A DNA stretch of 64,000 nucleotides from Camelus ferus (Eukaryota), in the NCBI RefSeq assembly GCF_009834535.1, contig NC_045708.1, positions 31,062,001 to 31,126,000 on the forward strand, given 5' to 3'. Below the pieces are notes generated by a model. That model worked only from the letters and a program-made list of their open reading frames with translations. It ran no database searches and was not told where the DNA came from. The position numbers and the translations under genes were made by a program. Below are positions 49,231 to 61,754 of this stretch, piece after piece. Numbering within the stretch: the first letter of the stretch is position 1; the number at the start of each line of letters is the position of its first letter.

Positions 49231-49618
49231 GAGAGACCAAACTTGGTCTCACCTAGAGCCGTGAAAGGATTTTAAGCAGGGAAAGAATAAAAACAAATTG
49301 GAGCTTCAGGAAAAACAGGAGTAAAGAGATATAATACCATTTGTCAACTATAGAAATGGCAAACTTAACACTGACAAAGGTCTGGGGGAAATAGAGTGCC
49401 TTAACACACTGCTCGAGGTGGGTGTCAGTGGAACAATGGTTCTAGAGAGAAGCATGGCAATGCTGGGAAAGAGATGGGAAGGTGGAAAATCCAGGTGCCC
49501 AGAGCTACCTATCTGGGGCTTTCTGATGGGATATCAATGGCAGATGTTGGGAGAAAGAGGTCAAGGGCACAGGCATGGGCCCTGAGAGCCCGATTCTCTT
49601 CCCAATCACTGTTCAGTG

Positions 49619-49730
49619 ACATCATGTTAGTAGCTTGAAATTGGCCACGTTGGAGTATGTACACCACAAAGAGCAGCAAATGCTACAAAACAGGGCTCCC
49701 CCAGAGAGCCATTCAACAGCACACCACTGC
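49619..49730. mobile_element. hAT/MER-type DNA transposon fragment
   Basis: catcatgttagtagcttgaaattggccac...gcaaatgctacaaa...agagcc...cagcacaccactg resembles a MER/hAT end; family not assigned. Confidence 0.55.
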
Positions 49731-50199
49731 CTGAGCCCGTCCTCACCCGGCAACCCCTTGAGTTCTCTCGGCAGCGGCTGAACAGAGACCAAACACAGGC
49801 TTTTGTAAGCCAGGGCTTTGGCCTTATATCCCAACAGAGAAGCCTGAGCCTGCTGACCTGGACTGGACTCACTGGACTCTTTGGCCAGAGAGTAGCAGAC
49901 CTGAGTGCCCTCCTTTCCCTAGGGCTATTCCAGCCCCTGTCTGATATTCTAAAGGAGCCAAGGACTGGGGAAGGCATCTCTTTCCAGCTGTGTGGAAGCA
50001 TTAAAAAATGGGGAAATGACAGGGACAGGTGGTTGGACTTCCTTCCACGCAGGAGCAGGAAGGCGCATCTCAACTCCCTGATGGTCACAGACAAGCCCCT
50101 TGTCTTGTGGGCTCTGCACCCTTAACCACCATTATGCTGCCTCCCTGTAGAAGTCACAGGACTTGGTAAGATTTGGATGCAGGAATGGAGGGAGGATGA

Positions 50200-51240
50200 A
50201 AATTTGAGGCTAACATTCAGGTTCCAGGCTTACATGCCCAGGTAGCTGATGGTGAGATGTGAACATAGGAAGGGAAGATGGGAAAGGATGCACAGGAGGT
50301 AGTGATGATACTGTTTGGGACTTGGTGAGTTTGACGTGCCTCTGGAACAACAAACTGAGATGTCTAATAAGTAACTGAGAGTTTGCAGTTGAAGAGAGTG
50401 ATAAAATCTTGGGAGTTAGTGGCATATAGATGGAATCAAAGCCATGAGACCACCCAGGGAATACAGCAGGGGATGACACAAAGACACCTGGGGAACAGCA
50501 ACATGTAAGAGAAAGAGCGAAGAAAGAGGGACAGTGGGAGGCAATGTACAGGCATAGGAGGACACTGGGAGAATGTGACATGCTGCAGAACCCCAGGGAG
50601 GGGAGTGTCAAACATCGCAGAGAAGCTGAGCATGAAGGATTAAGATAAGAGACACAATGAGGTTGTTGTGGCTGGTCCAGGGTGAAGGAGACAGTGGTAG
50701 GAGATGGGATCTAAGCAGGCAGGAGTCAGATCAGGCAGGACCTTGTGTGCCTTTAGGAGGTGTTTAGATTTAAGCAAGAGAGCAAAGAAATCCGATTTGC
50801 ATTTTAAACATTTCACTCTGTTCTGCTAGAGAGGGTAAGAGTGGAAGCTACCCAGTAACCCAGACTTGGACTAGGATGGGAGGAGTGGAGGTGGTAAAAT
50901 GTGTTCAGAGGCTGGGTACATTTTGAAAGGATATCTGGCAGGACTTGCTAATGAGTTGAATGTAGGGTAAGAGTAAGGCAGAAATCAAAGAGCACTGAGG
51001 TTTTTGGTTTGAGTAGATGGTGGTGCCTCTGACAGAAGTGGGTAAGACTAATGGAAAAAACAAAGCAGGGTTAGGGGTGGGAAGAAGGACCTAGAATTTC
51101 ATTTTATTTTGGTCATCATAAGTATAAGACACCCATCAGACATGCAAGCAGAGATCCCAAGTAGGCAGTTGACGATCCAAATCTGGAGCCCAGGAGGGCG
51201 AGTCCCAGCTGGAGATATCAATTTTGAAGTCACCAGCACA
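50200..51240 (-). mobile_element. L2 fragments
   Basis: Antisense L2 phrases: ttgggacttggtgagtttgacgtgcct, catatagatggaatcaaagccatgag, ggtacattttgaaaggatatctggcaggacttgctaatg. Confidence 0.7.
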
Positions 51241-51820
51241 TGCACATCATCAAAGCCATGGGACTGCAGGAACATTAAAGTTTTTTCTTCTCTCACTTGA
51301 CCTGACAGAGGCTCAGTGGCCCTTGAGGCATCCAGAGTCATCCCCACTGGGCAGAGGAAGCTGGTCCTTGTAACTGAGAGCTGGACAGAAATCAGGACAA
51401 ACCTGGCCTCAGGAACTCCTTGCAGAGAAATGGTGCCAGAGAAACTAAGACCTCGCGGAGGGGGCTGAAGGATTTCCATGTCCTGCCTCCCACCACCTCC
51501 CATAATCCTTTGTTAGTAACACCAATTTGGGAGGAAGAGAGAAGGGCGATACTGAGGACACTGTCTGCAGGGCCAGCAAGGGGAGCCCCAGTTGAGGCCA
51601 GAGGGGTTAAGTGTGGGACTTAATGTGGCCTGCACTAGCCCCACTCCCCTGTGAGAGTCAGAACTCCTGAGAATGGGCATAAAAGCCACCACAGTTACAG
51701 CAGGGCTTCAGAGAAGGGATCACACCAGCTCTTCTGCTACTAATGGGAAGACGAGCAGGAGCTGAGAGCTGAGACCAACTATCCCTTGCTTCTGAGCCAA
51801 CCAGATAAAAGTGCTGCAGA

Positions 51821-51985
51821 CCAGAGCTTCTCAAACTTTAATATGTATTCACATCATCTGGGGGGGTTAGTACAGTGCAGATTCTGTTTTAGTAGGCCTG
51901 GGGTGGGGACCAAGATTCTGCATGTCTAATAAGCTCCCAGATAATGCCGTTGCTGCTGGTCCATGGACCACACTGAGTAGCAAAG
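51821..51985. mobile_element. MER5A-like hAT-Charlie element
   Basis: cagagcttctcaaactttaa...gcagattctg...gtaggcctggggtggggaccaagattctgcat...gctgctggtccatggaccacactgagtagca. Confidence 0.85.
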
Positions 51986-52589
51986 GACGAGAGGCCACTG
52001 TGGAGGCTACCCACGATGGAGGGGCGTGTCCAGCCCCAGGGAGAATGCACAAAGTTTACTAGTGCACAAAGTCACAGAACCGTTTACAGTGGGAGTGGCC
52101 CCCATTTTGTCACGGTTGTGAGGCAGACAGTCATTTGTCAGCCCTGGTGTGGTTGTCACGCACTTGGGTTCTGGAGCTTGATGCCCTGAGCTTTACCTCT
52201 TGGTGGGTGTGTGATCTTGGGCAAATCTTTAACGTCTCTGCATCTCAGTTACCTCATCACTAATGGAAATATTAAGACCATTGTGAGGATTAACTGGGTC
52301 GATAGATATAAAGTGCTTGTTACATGGCAGCCTAGTGAGCACTCAGGAAAGGCTGCCATTCCTGCCCATACAACGCCCTTCCACAGCAGTGAGCACAGAC
52401 ATGCACACAGGCTCACTCTCCTCTTGGTACATGGTCGAAAATGTAACCCCCATCTCCCTCCCACCCAAAGGCCTGTATCCTCTCTTTCAAATTCCTCCTA
52501 CCCTCCCGCCCACTCCCACACCCCCTCCCCTGACTCCGGCCCCAGTGTGGTCTGGATGGGCCCCATGGGGCAGGGACAGGGACAGGACG

Positions 52590-52694
52590 TGGGGCTGTAT
52601 CTGACAGGAACCTGAGGGGCTGGCCCGGGAGGGGATTGGGGCCCGGCTTCCTGAAGGGAGGATGGGCTAAGGCAGGCGCACAGTGCCGGAGAAG
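52590..52694 (+). promoter_or_regulatory. MPL: MPL proximal promoter (GATA and ETS sites)
   Basis: gtatct at 52597-52602 (GATA-type, reverse), caggaa at 52605-52610 and cttcctg at 52647-52653 just upstream of the ATG. This matches the established GATA-ETS megakaryocytic layout of the MPL promoter. Confidence 0.75.
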
Positions 52695-52773
52695 ATGCCC
52701 TCCTGGGCCCTCTTGGTGGTCACCTCCTGCCTCCTTCCAGCCCCCCAAAACCTGGCACAAGTCACCAGCCAAG
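52695..52773 (+). CDS. MPL: MPL (thrombopoietin receptor) exon 1
   Basis: [27 protein letters not shown]|gtgag; 79 nt. Confidence 0.96.
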
Positions 52774-52920
52774 GTGAGGTGTGTGGAGGGTGGAGATCAC
52801 CTATACACAGGAAGAGGGAGCCCTGGGAGGGGTACAAGGTATGAGGCTCCCACTGGTCCCTCCTCTTGCCCACAAACATGCCTGGGAGGACCCAGAGCCC
52901 ACTCACCAGCTGTTCCTCAG

Positions 52921-53053
52921 ATGCCTCCTTGCTGGCCTCGGACTCAGAGCCCTTGAAATGTTTCTCCCGAACGTTTGAGGACCTCACTTGCTTCTGGGAC
53001 GAGGAAGAGGCAGCGCCCAGTGGAACGTATCAGCTGCTGTATGCCTACGCAGG
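52921..53053 (+). CDS. MPL: MPL exon 2
   Basis: [43 protein letters not shown]; 133 nt. Confidence 0.97.
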
Positions 53054-53371
53054 GTATGTGCTGGGCTGTGCCTCACTCCCCCATCTGTCCTGTACACACC
53101 TCAGCTCAGCCCCATTCCAGTAGCTACCCTGCCTGTGGCCCTGTCAGAGGACCACTCCACGTATAAGCCCTAAATAACCACTTAATGAACAAGTGTGCTT
53201 TGGATATACCCAGCTTAGGCCCCTACCTAGCCCCTGATCCCACCTATTCCAGGCACTGAGAAGATAAATGGTGGTAGTGGAAATAGAAGTTGGGCTTGGG
53301 CCCAGACCTGGGTCCTCGGGGCTGGACGTGGCAGGCCGTGTAGGTAGGATGGACTTCTCCTATGCCCACAG

Positions 53372-53550
53372 GGAGAAGCCCCGTGCCTGCCCCCTGAGTT
53401 CCCAGAGCGTGCTGCCCTCTGGAACCCGATACGTGTGCCAGTTTCCAGCCCAGGATGAAGTTCGCCTCTTCTTTTCACTGCACCTGTGGGTGAAGAACGT
53501 GTTTCTGAACCAGAATCTGACCCAGCGGGTGCTCTCTGTGGATAGTGTGG
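53372..53550 (+). CDS. MPL: MPL exon 3
   Basis: [59 protein letters not shown]; 179 nt. Confidence 0.97.
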
Positions 53551-54012
53551 GTAAGGGCCATCCTCCAGCCACCCTGGCCCCTCTGTTTGCTGCCCTCAGG
53601 TCAGCTCCTAGAATCAGACTGATCTGTGCTCTTTCAAGACGACATGGATGCTCTCCCTCACCAGGCCCCCAGAGGCACCTCAAGACGCCCTTCTCATTCC
53701 CATCAGCTTCAGCATCCAGAGCTAGACTTCATTTCCCGCCAGAGACACCCTGGTCTTCCCATCATTAACTTATTCCCTTACTCACTCCTTCATCAATTAC
53801 AGAATACATACTGTGTGCCAGGCACTGTGCTAGGTGACAAGGATGCAGAGACAAAAAGAGGTCCCTGAGTCTAACAAACCTGCAGTGAGGTCACTGTGCT
53901 CCTGAGGAAAGGAGAACAGGATAAGGAGCTTCCCTGCCCAGCCCCAGGGGCTGCCCTCCATCCAGCCTCCAGCACCCTCTCCCTGGGCTTATGTGCTCTG
54001 TCTTGCCCTCAG

Positions 54013-54302
54013 GACTGCCAGCTCCCCCCAGTCTCATCAAGGCCATGGGTGGGAGCCAGCCAGGGGAACTTCAGATCAGCTGGGAAACCCCAACTCCAGA
54101 AATCAGTGAATTCCTGAGGCATGAACTCCGCTATGGCCCCAAGGATCCCAGGAACTCCACTGTCATCCAGCAGCTGTCCACAGAAACCTGCTGTCCAGCT
54201 CTGTGGAGACCAAATCCAGCCCCAGCTCTGGACCAGCCTCCATGTGCTCAGGCCATGATGCCCCAACAAGATGGACCAGAGCAGACCTCCCCAACTAGAG
54301 AA
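54013..54302 (+). CDS. MPL: MPL exon 4
   Basis: [24 protein letters not shown]...EQTSPTRE|gtatcc; 290 nt. Confidence 0.94.
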
Positions 54303-54704
54303 GTATCCTGGCCTTCTTCTGCTCCACCCTCTGTCCATCTCCTACCCCTAGTTTTGCCCCAAGAAAGTAGAGATCATACTTTGGGAATTCTAGATGGGGG
54401 TGGTCCTTGGAAAGTTCATATAGGCTCTGATCAGCCCTTAGGAGCCATAACTGTTTAAGGATCTCCCACTTTGGGTCATTCACATCAACAAAATTGAGAG
54501 CTTCAGGCCTCTAAGCTAACGGGGATTAAAAAGCCCTAAACCACCTGAAGCCCACCAATCTGGCGCCCAGTCTGTGTACATATCTACCCAGGGAAGAATT
54601 GAGTGTCTCTCCACAGGCATGCCATGAGGCTTCAGATATAAGAGGTGGAGGCTGCCTTGGCTTGAGGCAGACCTAGATTCTGAGGCTGGGATTCTTCTCC
54701 CAAG

Positions 54705-54867
54705 GCTCCGTCTCTGACAGTGATACGTAAAAGCTGCCTCGTCTCAGGGCTCCAGCCTGGTAACTCCTACTGGATCCAACTGCGCAGCCAACCTGATGGG
54801 GTCTCCTTCCGTGGTTCCTGGGGATCCTGGTCCCTCCCTGTGACTGTGGACCTGCCTGGGGATGCAG
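54705..54867 (+). CDS. MPL: MPL exon 5 (WGSWS motif)
   Basis: [54 protein letters not shown]; 163 nt. Confidence 0.96.
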
Positions 54868-55091
54868 GTGAGTCAACAAAGGAATGGGGAGATGGGGAGA
54901 TGACAGAAAAGATCTCTAGGGAGGCCTGGGCTGGATATGGAAGCTCTGGGAAGCATGGTGCTTCCTGATGACCTCAAACTTGCCACTGGACAGAGTGAAC
55001 TATGATCAGGGAGAGGACAAAGAACAAAGTAAATGTTCTGAGTTATGTATGTAAAGATGATGTGGACACCTTATAGAGCAGGAGCACGTGA

Positions 55092-55250
<159 letters not shown>

Positions 55251-55539
55251 TAAGAGTTGAACTACTGACTGAGCTTGGTGTCATGGGAGAGAGGCACAAC
55301 CTTGCAGAAAGAAGGGAGAGATTGTTCTTGGTCCTCTGCATTCTGCTCCGTTGTCCCCAAACCAAATGCTCTCATCCTCCAATGGGTATTTTATCTTTTC
55401 AACCTCTCTTCATTCCTACTGGAAATGCCTCAGTTTAATTCAGCTTTAATCATGTCAACCGGACTACTGCAACAGCCTACATTCTCATTCACCTCCAATT
55501 CCTCGCTTCCTGTGCTGCTGACAGACTGACCTTGGTTAA

Positions 55540-58300
55540 ACTTTGCATGGCTTTCACCTACTCCAATACATAGTACAACTTTTCGCTATCTATCGGATCC
55601 AATGAAAACATCACCTGGTCTTCAAGAATTTCTACCAAACACCTCACTGATCTGCCCATATCCAATCTATGACCTAGTCTTATTGATTTTACTTATTAAA
55701 TATCTCTAGAATCTGCCTACTTCTGTTCATCACTGCCATTAGGCCAGTACAAGCCATCATCATTTTTCACTTAGGCTACTGAGAAGACCACCTCTTGAAT
55801 CCTCCAAAGCATTCTCCACATAGAAGCCAGAGGGATCTTTTAAAAGTGCAAAAATAAACATTCCTTGTTTAAAATTCTTCCAAGATCCATAGTTTCCACT
55901 GGTCCTTGGACAAAGGAAATAACTCTATTGTGGCTGTATAGAGTTCTAGAAGACTCAGCTCCTATCCATGCCTTCAGCTTCATCTTATACCATGCTGCTT
56001 TTTGTGCTCTGTGCTCTGTGCTCCGATACTGGCATTCATTGGTCCCCTCCTAATTGCCATATTCCTCTTCTGCCTCTGGGTCTTTGCACATGCTGTTTAT
56101 CCAGCTCTCCTGTCTTTACTTAACTTCTACTTGTCCTTCAGATCTCAACTCAGATGTCACCTCCTTAGACCCTCCCCTGACCCTCCTCCTTAGGTCCAAT
56201 GGCACTATTATACAACCTTGCTGTACCATGTACTTCTCCTTCTTAAATAGTTATCATAGTTACAATTTCACATTTATACTTTAAGTGGTTATTTTATTGA
56301 TAAGAAAATTCTCGCTCAGAGCTCCAGCCATAAAAGGCTGATCTTGACTATACACGATCCATGAGGGCAAAGTCAGTGTCTATTTTCACTCACTAGTGTA
56401 TTCTCACCTACCACACTGCCTGGAACATAGTAGGTGCTCAGTAAAAAACTGTTGAATGAATGGATAATGAAAAAACTGCTATGAATAGTTTTAATGTATT
56501 CTTCCAGTGTTTCCATGCATTCATGTATGTCTATACACAACATTTAGCTTTCAATATAAAGTGGATCACACTACATATATGATTTCTTACCTTACTTTTT
56601 CACTTAAAAATATTTCTTGGAGATCATTATAAAAAGTTGTAACTCATTCTTTATAATAACTGCAGATTTTCATAGTATGGAGGTGCTGTGAATGGATTAA
56701 GGGGAGGCAAAACTGACCTCATCATTTCCTCTGCCCAAACCTGCTCCTCCTCCTATTGTCCATCCTACCATCAACTCTGCTCTCTGTCCTGGACTTCTGC
56801 CATTTCTACACCCGCCAGGTGCAGTCAGAAACACTTGTCACTTCTACTGCTTCAGTATCTCTTGAATCCATCAAATTCCCTCTGCCCCCACGGCCACACC
56901 CCTACTTTCAGATCCCCATCACTTTGCACGTGAAAAACCATAACACTGTCCCAATAAATTTCTCTGCTTCTAGTCCCCTGACAAATCCTTCCCTAGAAAC
57001 TGCAGTTACAGTAGCCTTCCTAAAGTACAAAGCTAATTATGACAATTCCTTGTTTAAAATCCTTCAATGTCTCCACCAATACTACAAGATTAAATTCAAG
57101 CTCCCTAGAAAGGCCACAGGCCATCTATGACCTTGGTCTGCTGTCTCACATCTTCCACTCACCACCAGGCCCTCTATGCTAAAAGCATTCTGCATAACTT
57201 GGAGTTTCCCCCAAAGCACCATGTCTCCTACCTGTGCACAAGCCCGCGCCGGGGATGCCTGTTTGTCCCCTTTGCCTATCCTATTTCCAGTCCAAGACTC
57301 AGTCTAAGCACTGCCTTCTACAGGAAATATCCTCGGACCCTCCCCGTCTGAGTTAGATGGTCCTCCTTGATACTCCCAAGCCAGCCTGTGCCCATCACAG
57401 AAGAATACCATCTGTTCATTTTTATGCCTTTCCCACTGAAATGAGAGCTCCTTGAAAATTATTCCTCTACGTCTTCACAGGGCTTATCACAGTGCCTGGC
57501 ACATAGAATAAATTAGTAAACATATAAATACATAAAGTGATAAATAATTCTAGTCAGAGCTAGCCATTTAGGCATTATAATCAGGAAGGAAACATGAATT
57601 ATTTGTTCAGTAAACAATGATTGAAGGTGACTATGTTCCAGGCACTGGGGCTAGAGTGACAAAACAGAAAAGCTTTCGGCATTCGGGGGGCTTACATTTT
57701 AGTTGGGGAAGGGAGAGAAGAGGTGACAAACAAGAAAAGAAATCAAGGAACAAGGTTATATGACAGAGGTTGAGAGGATGGGGGGCAGGTGCTAATTTAG
57801 ACTGAGAAGTCAGGGAAAGCCTTGCCAAGTAGGTGACAGGTGAGCTGAGAAGGAGTGAGTCATGTGAGGTCTGGAGGCAGGGCAGTCCAGGGCAAACTGA
57901 AGTGCAAAGACAGTGCATCTGGTGTATTTGCAGCCGAGAGAGAAGGTCCCGGTGGATGAAAGGTGGCAAACTGGTGTGAGAATTGTAGGAGGTGAGAGTG
58001 GAGAGGTAGGGAGGAACTAAACCATACTATGGAGTTTGGATTTTATTCCAAGTGGGATGGGGAGCCATTGAAGGATTTTAAGCAAAAGAGTGACATGATA
58101 TGATTTACATTTTAAAAAGATGTTTCTCAGCGCAATTAGAAAGAAGTAAGAATAGAAGCAGGATCACCAGTTAGAAATGTGCCTTAATTCAAGCAACAGA
58201 TAATGGTTTCACCTAATGTTCTGAGGGTAAAGATCAAAATTAATGGACACATTTGTCATATATTTCACATTATCAGATCAACACTTTGGATCTAAATTCT
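55540..58300. mobile_element. Cluster of L2 and L1ME fragments filling MPL intron 6 (both orientations)
   Basis: L2 3' ends (cctggaacatagtaggtgctcagtaaaaaactgttgaatgaatg ~56420-56463; cagtgcctggcacatag ~57490) and antisense L2 from ~57600. Confidence 0.7.
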
Positions 58301-58798
58301 GGTTGCCACATGGAGAACAAATTGAAGAGAGTGGCAAAAACAGAGGCAGAAAAGCCAGTTAGGAGGTTTTCGTAATTACCTATTAGTAAAATACCATGTA
58401 GAGGTGACTAAGACGGCTGCCTAATGAGAATAGGTTAAAAACATAAGGATATTTTCCCCCAGAAAGATGAAGAAAATAAATAAATGACAGAAATGGGGCA
58501 GAGATAAGTCAAGTAATCTGCCCAGAGTTATACACCAAGAAGCCAAGACCTGAATGCTATAGACCATGCTATTTTCACATATCTTCCAGCTCTTTTCTTA
58601 AGAGGAAGAGTCTGGACGCCAAAGCAATGCTTAGAAAACAAAACATCATGGCATGAAGACACAGAGAAATCCTGGAGGCCCCTCCAAGGGAGGAGTTAGA
58701 TTATAATCCAAGCAGCCCATAGCCCCTGTGGGATGGGCATGTCAGCCTTCATCTCTGAGGCAGGCCCTATTCAGTGACTATATGGGGCTGATTCTTAG

Positions 58799-58980
58799 GG
58801 ACCCCATCTGGGAGAAGTGTGAAGAGGAGGAGAAAATTCCAGGATCACAGCCCTCCCCGTTCTCCCGCTGCCACTTCAAGTCACGAAATGACAGTGTCAT
58901 TCACATCCTTGTGGAGGTGACCACAGCCCAGGGTGCTGTTCACAGCTACCTGGGCTCCCCTTTCTGGATCCACCAGGCTG
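58799..58980 (+). CDS. MPL: MPL exon 7
   Basis: [60 protein letters not shown]; 182 nt. Confidence 0.96.
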
Positions 58981-59139
58981 GTAAGAACTTGCTTCCCTTC
59001 TCCCACATAGTTCCCACCCCTACCCCATCTGACCCCATGCCCGGAATCACCAGCTCCGACACATCTGACCCATGGCCCTGGTGACATGATGTCTCATGCA
59101 CAGAAGGGCTTAGGCCAGTCCCTGCTGACGTCCCTGTAG

Positions 59140-59282
59140 TGCTCATTCCCACTCCAAATTTGCACTGGAGGGAGGTCTCTAGCGGGCAGCTGGAATTGGA
59201 ATGGCAGCATCCATCGTCCTGGGCAGCCCAAGAGACCTGCTATCAGCTTCGATACTCAGGAGAAGGCCATCAGGACTGGAAG
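59140..59282 (+). CDS. MPL: MPL exon 8
   Basis: [47 protein letters not shown]|gtacag; 143 nt. Confidence 0.97.
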
Positions 59283-61280
59283 GTACAGTCAAGAAACAAA
59301 CGTTCGCAGACCACACACTCAGGGTATTCCTGAGTTTCACCATGTCTGTTATCAGCAGTGAAGGTGTCTGCGTATCTATGTCTGTGCTTGTTTATCTAGG
59401 CTTATCTGATTCAACTAATATCTTAATCTCTCTTTGTCATTGACATTGCTGACTACTCCTATTTCAAATTTTCTCTTCCCTTTGTTTTTGGGATATAGTC
59501 TCTCCTGATACTCATACCACTTCTCTGACAGAATCTCCTCACTCTTTCCTGGCTCCTCCTTTTCCACCCTTACTTAATATGTTGTGCTTCCTACGGCCCC
59601 ACCTTTGGCTCTTTTCTCCTCTAAATAAATATATGGATGCTCTCCTTAGGCAAATGCTTCAACTCCATGGTTTCAACAGTTATACACTAACCATCCCAAA
59701 CTTACCATTCCCACACCCATATGGAAAGGAACTTCTATACCACAGGGAAATTACCTAGACTTTTGAAGTCTCAGTTTCCTCACTGGTGATAAAGATATCT
59801 ACTTTCCAGAGGTATAGTAAAGATTAAATACATCAATATCCAGCATACTGCCTGGCCAATAGAAGGTACCCACTATGCATTAGTTAAATATTCATTTTTT
59901 TTCTCTACTTTTATTCTCACTTACTACATGTATGTACCACTTCTTACCAGACAGCTCTACCTAAAAGCACCCCTCCCAGGGCATTTCAGACTCAATGTAT
60001 CCAAAATTGAACTCATTTTCCTCCCCAAACTTCTTTTTAAGTTGAGATACAAGTTACATAAAGTACACAAATCTTAAACATACAGTTGATTCATCTGTAT
60101 GTGTGTATACACCCATGGAATCATTACCCAAATCAAATTATAGGTGATTTCTAGCACCCCAGAAGTGCCACATGCCCCTACAGTCACACACACCCCATCC
60201 AAGGTGACAACTATTCTCACATTACCACTGATAAGTTTTCACTGTTGTAGAACTTAATAAAATAGATCCATTCAGTATTTTTTCCTCAAACTTCCTTCTC
60301 CTCTGTTCCCTCTCTCTGACAATGTCACCAACACTCCTCCAGTTACTCAAGCCTGGAGTCATCCTTGACTCTTCTCCCTTTTCCCTTGTCCCTTCCCCCT
60401 ATTCATCAACAAATAAGTTGAGTTTATTGTCCTAACAGGCCTCAAATCCCTACTACCATTGCCTCTGCCTCATCTTTGAGCATCCAGCCTGCCCACCCAT
60501 GCTCTGAGGACACAGGACTACTCTGTAACCCCCCATCAGGCACCTAAGGTAGCATTACATGCTTCTTGGTGCCCCCGTGGTGCTTTACTTACGTCATTGT
60601 TACCGTGCTAATTACTCCTTGTAACTATTTACTTGTTTGGACATCGTCCTCATTAGACACATGAGACCATGTTTCATTTATCTTTTTCCCCAGTGCCTAG
60701 TCCAAAGCTTAGCACATCACAAGCAGCTCATAAATGTTTGCTAACTGGTTAATAATGTCTCCCTGCCTGTACACACGATGCTTGTTCCCTCTACATGGAA
60801 TCTGTCCTCGTACCCCCAGCACCTAGCATAATGCGGGCAACCCTGTTGAATGCATGTTATTTGTGGACTGGTCCACGTGGCTCTCAGTATCTGACGGTGT
60901 CTGGGGTTTCCATCGCTGGACCTGGAGTTCTGGTGTTCGCTTCTGGCAGGATGTCCGTGCACCTGGTCAGGGTGTGTGCACCAGAGTCTGCAGGTGTATT
61001 GGAGTCATATGTGTCAGGATGAGTAGTGTTGTGCGTAGATGAGTCAGTGCGTCGCGGGTTTCGGGCCGGGCAGGGCAAGGTCGCAGTCAGGGCGAGACTC
61101 TCTGGGGTGTTCTCTCCAGTCAGTTTCCGCCAGGATGCGTGTTTCTGCCCGTGAGGCTCTTTGGGGGGACCCCTAGGAATTCAAAGGGATTGGATTTGGG
61201 TCTGGCGCCAGGCTCGAGGCCCCGACGCTAGCCCACGGGCAATTGGAGCCTGACCACCCGCTCGCTTCTCCTCTGTGCAG

Positions 61281-61440
61281 GTGCTGGAGACGGCTCTCGG
61301 GGCCCAGGGAGAGACCCTGGAGCTGCGCCCACGCTCTCGCTACCGTGTACAACTGCGCGCCAGGCTCCAAGGCTCCACCTTCCAAGGTCCCTGGAGCCCC
61401 TGGTCAGACCCATCGTGGGTGGAGACCTCGTCTGAGACCG
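61281..61440 (+). CDS. MPL: MPL exon 9 (WSxWS = WSPWS)
   Basis: [53 protein letters not shown]; 160 nt. Confidence 0.97.
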
Positions 61441-61657
61441 GTGAGGGCAGGGCCGGGGCAAAGGCGGTCTGCGCCTGCGCAAGTGGAGGGGCGCCGGCCC
61501 AGCGAGGGGCGGGGCTCGGACCCCACCCGGCAGCGGCTGCGCAGACCCTACGCGGCGCTTCGGGACGGCGAGGGGCGGGGCCTGGGAGGGGTCTGGCGGA
61601 CCTCGGGGCGGGGCTCCGGCCACCGGCTGCCCAGGTCTGACTGACTTTGTCACACAG

Positions 61658-61754
61658 CCTGGATCTCCTTGGTGATCGCTCTGCTCCTGGTGCTAGGCCT
61701 CAGCGCCCTCTTGGGCCTGCTGCTGCTGAGGTGGCAGTTTCCTGAGCGCTACAG
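61658..61754 (+). CDS. MPL: MPL exon 10 (transmembrane helix, RWQFP)
   Basis: [31 protein letters not shown](R); 97 nt. Confidence 0.97.
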
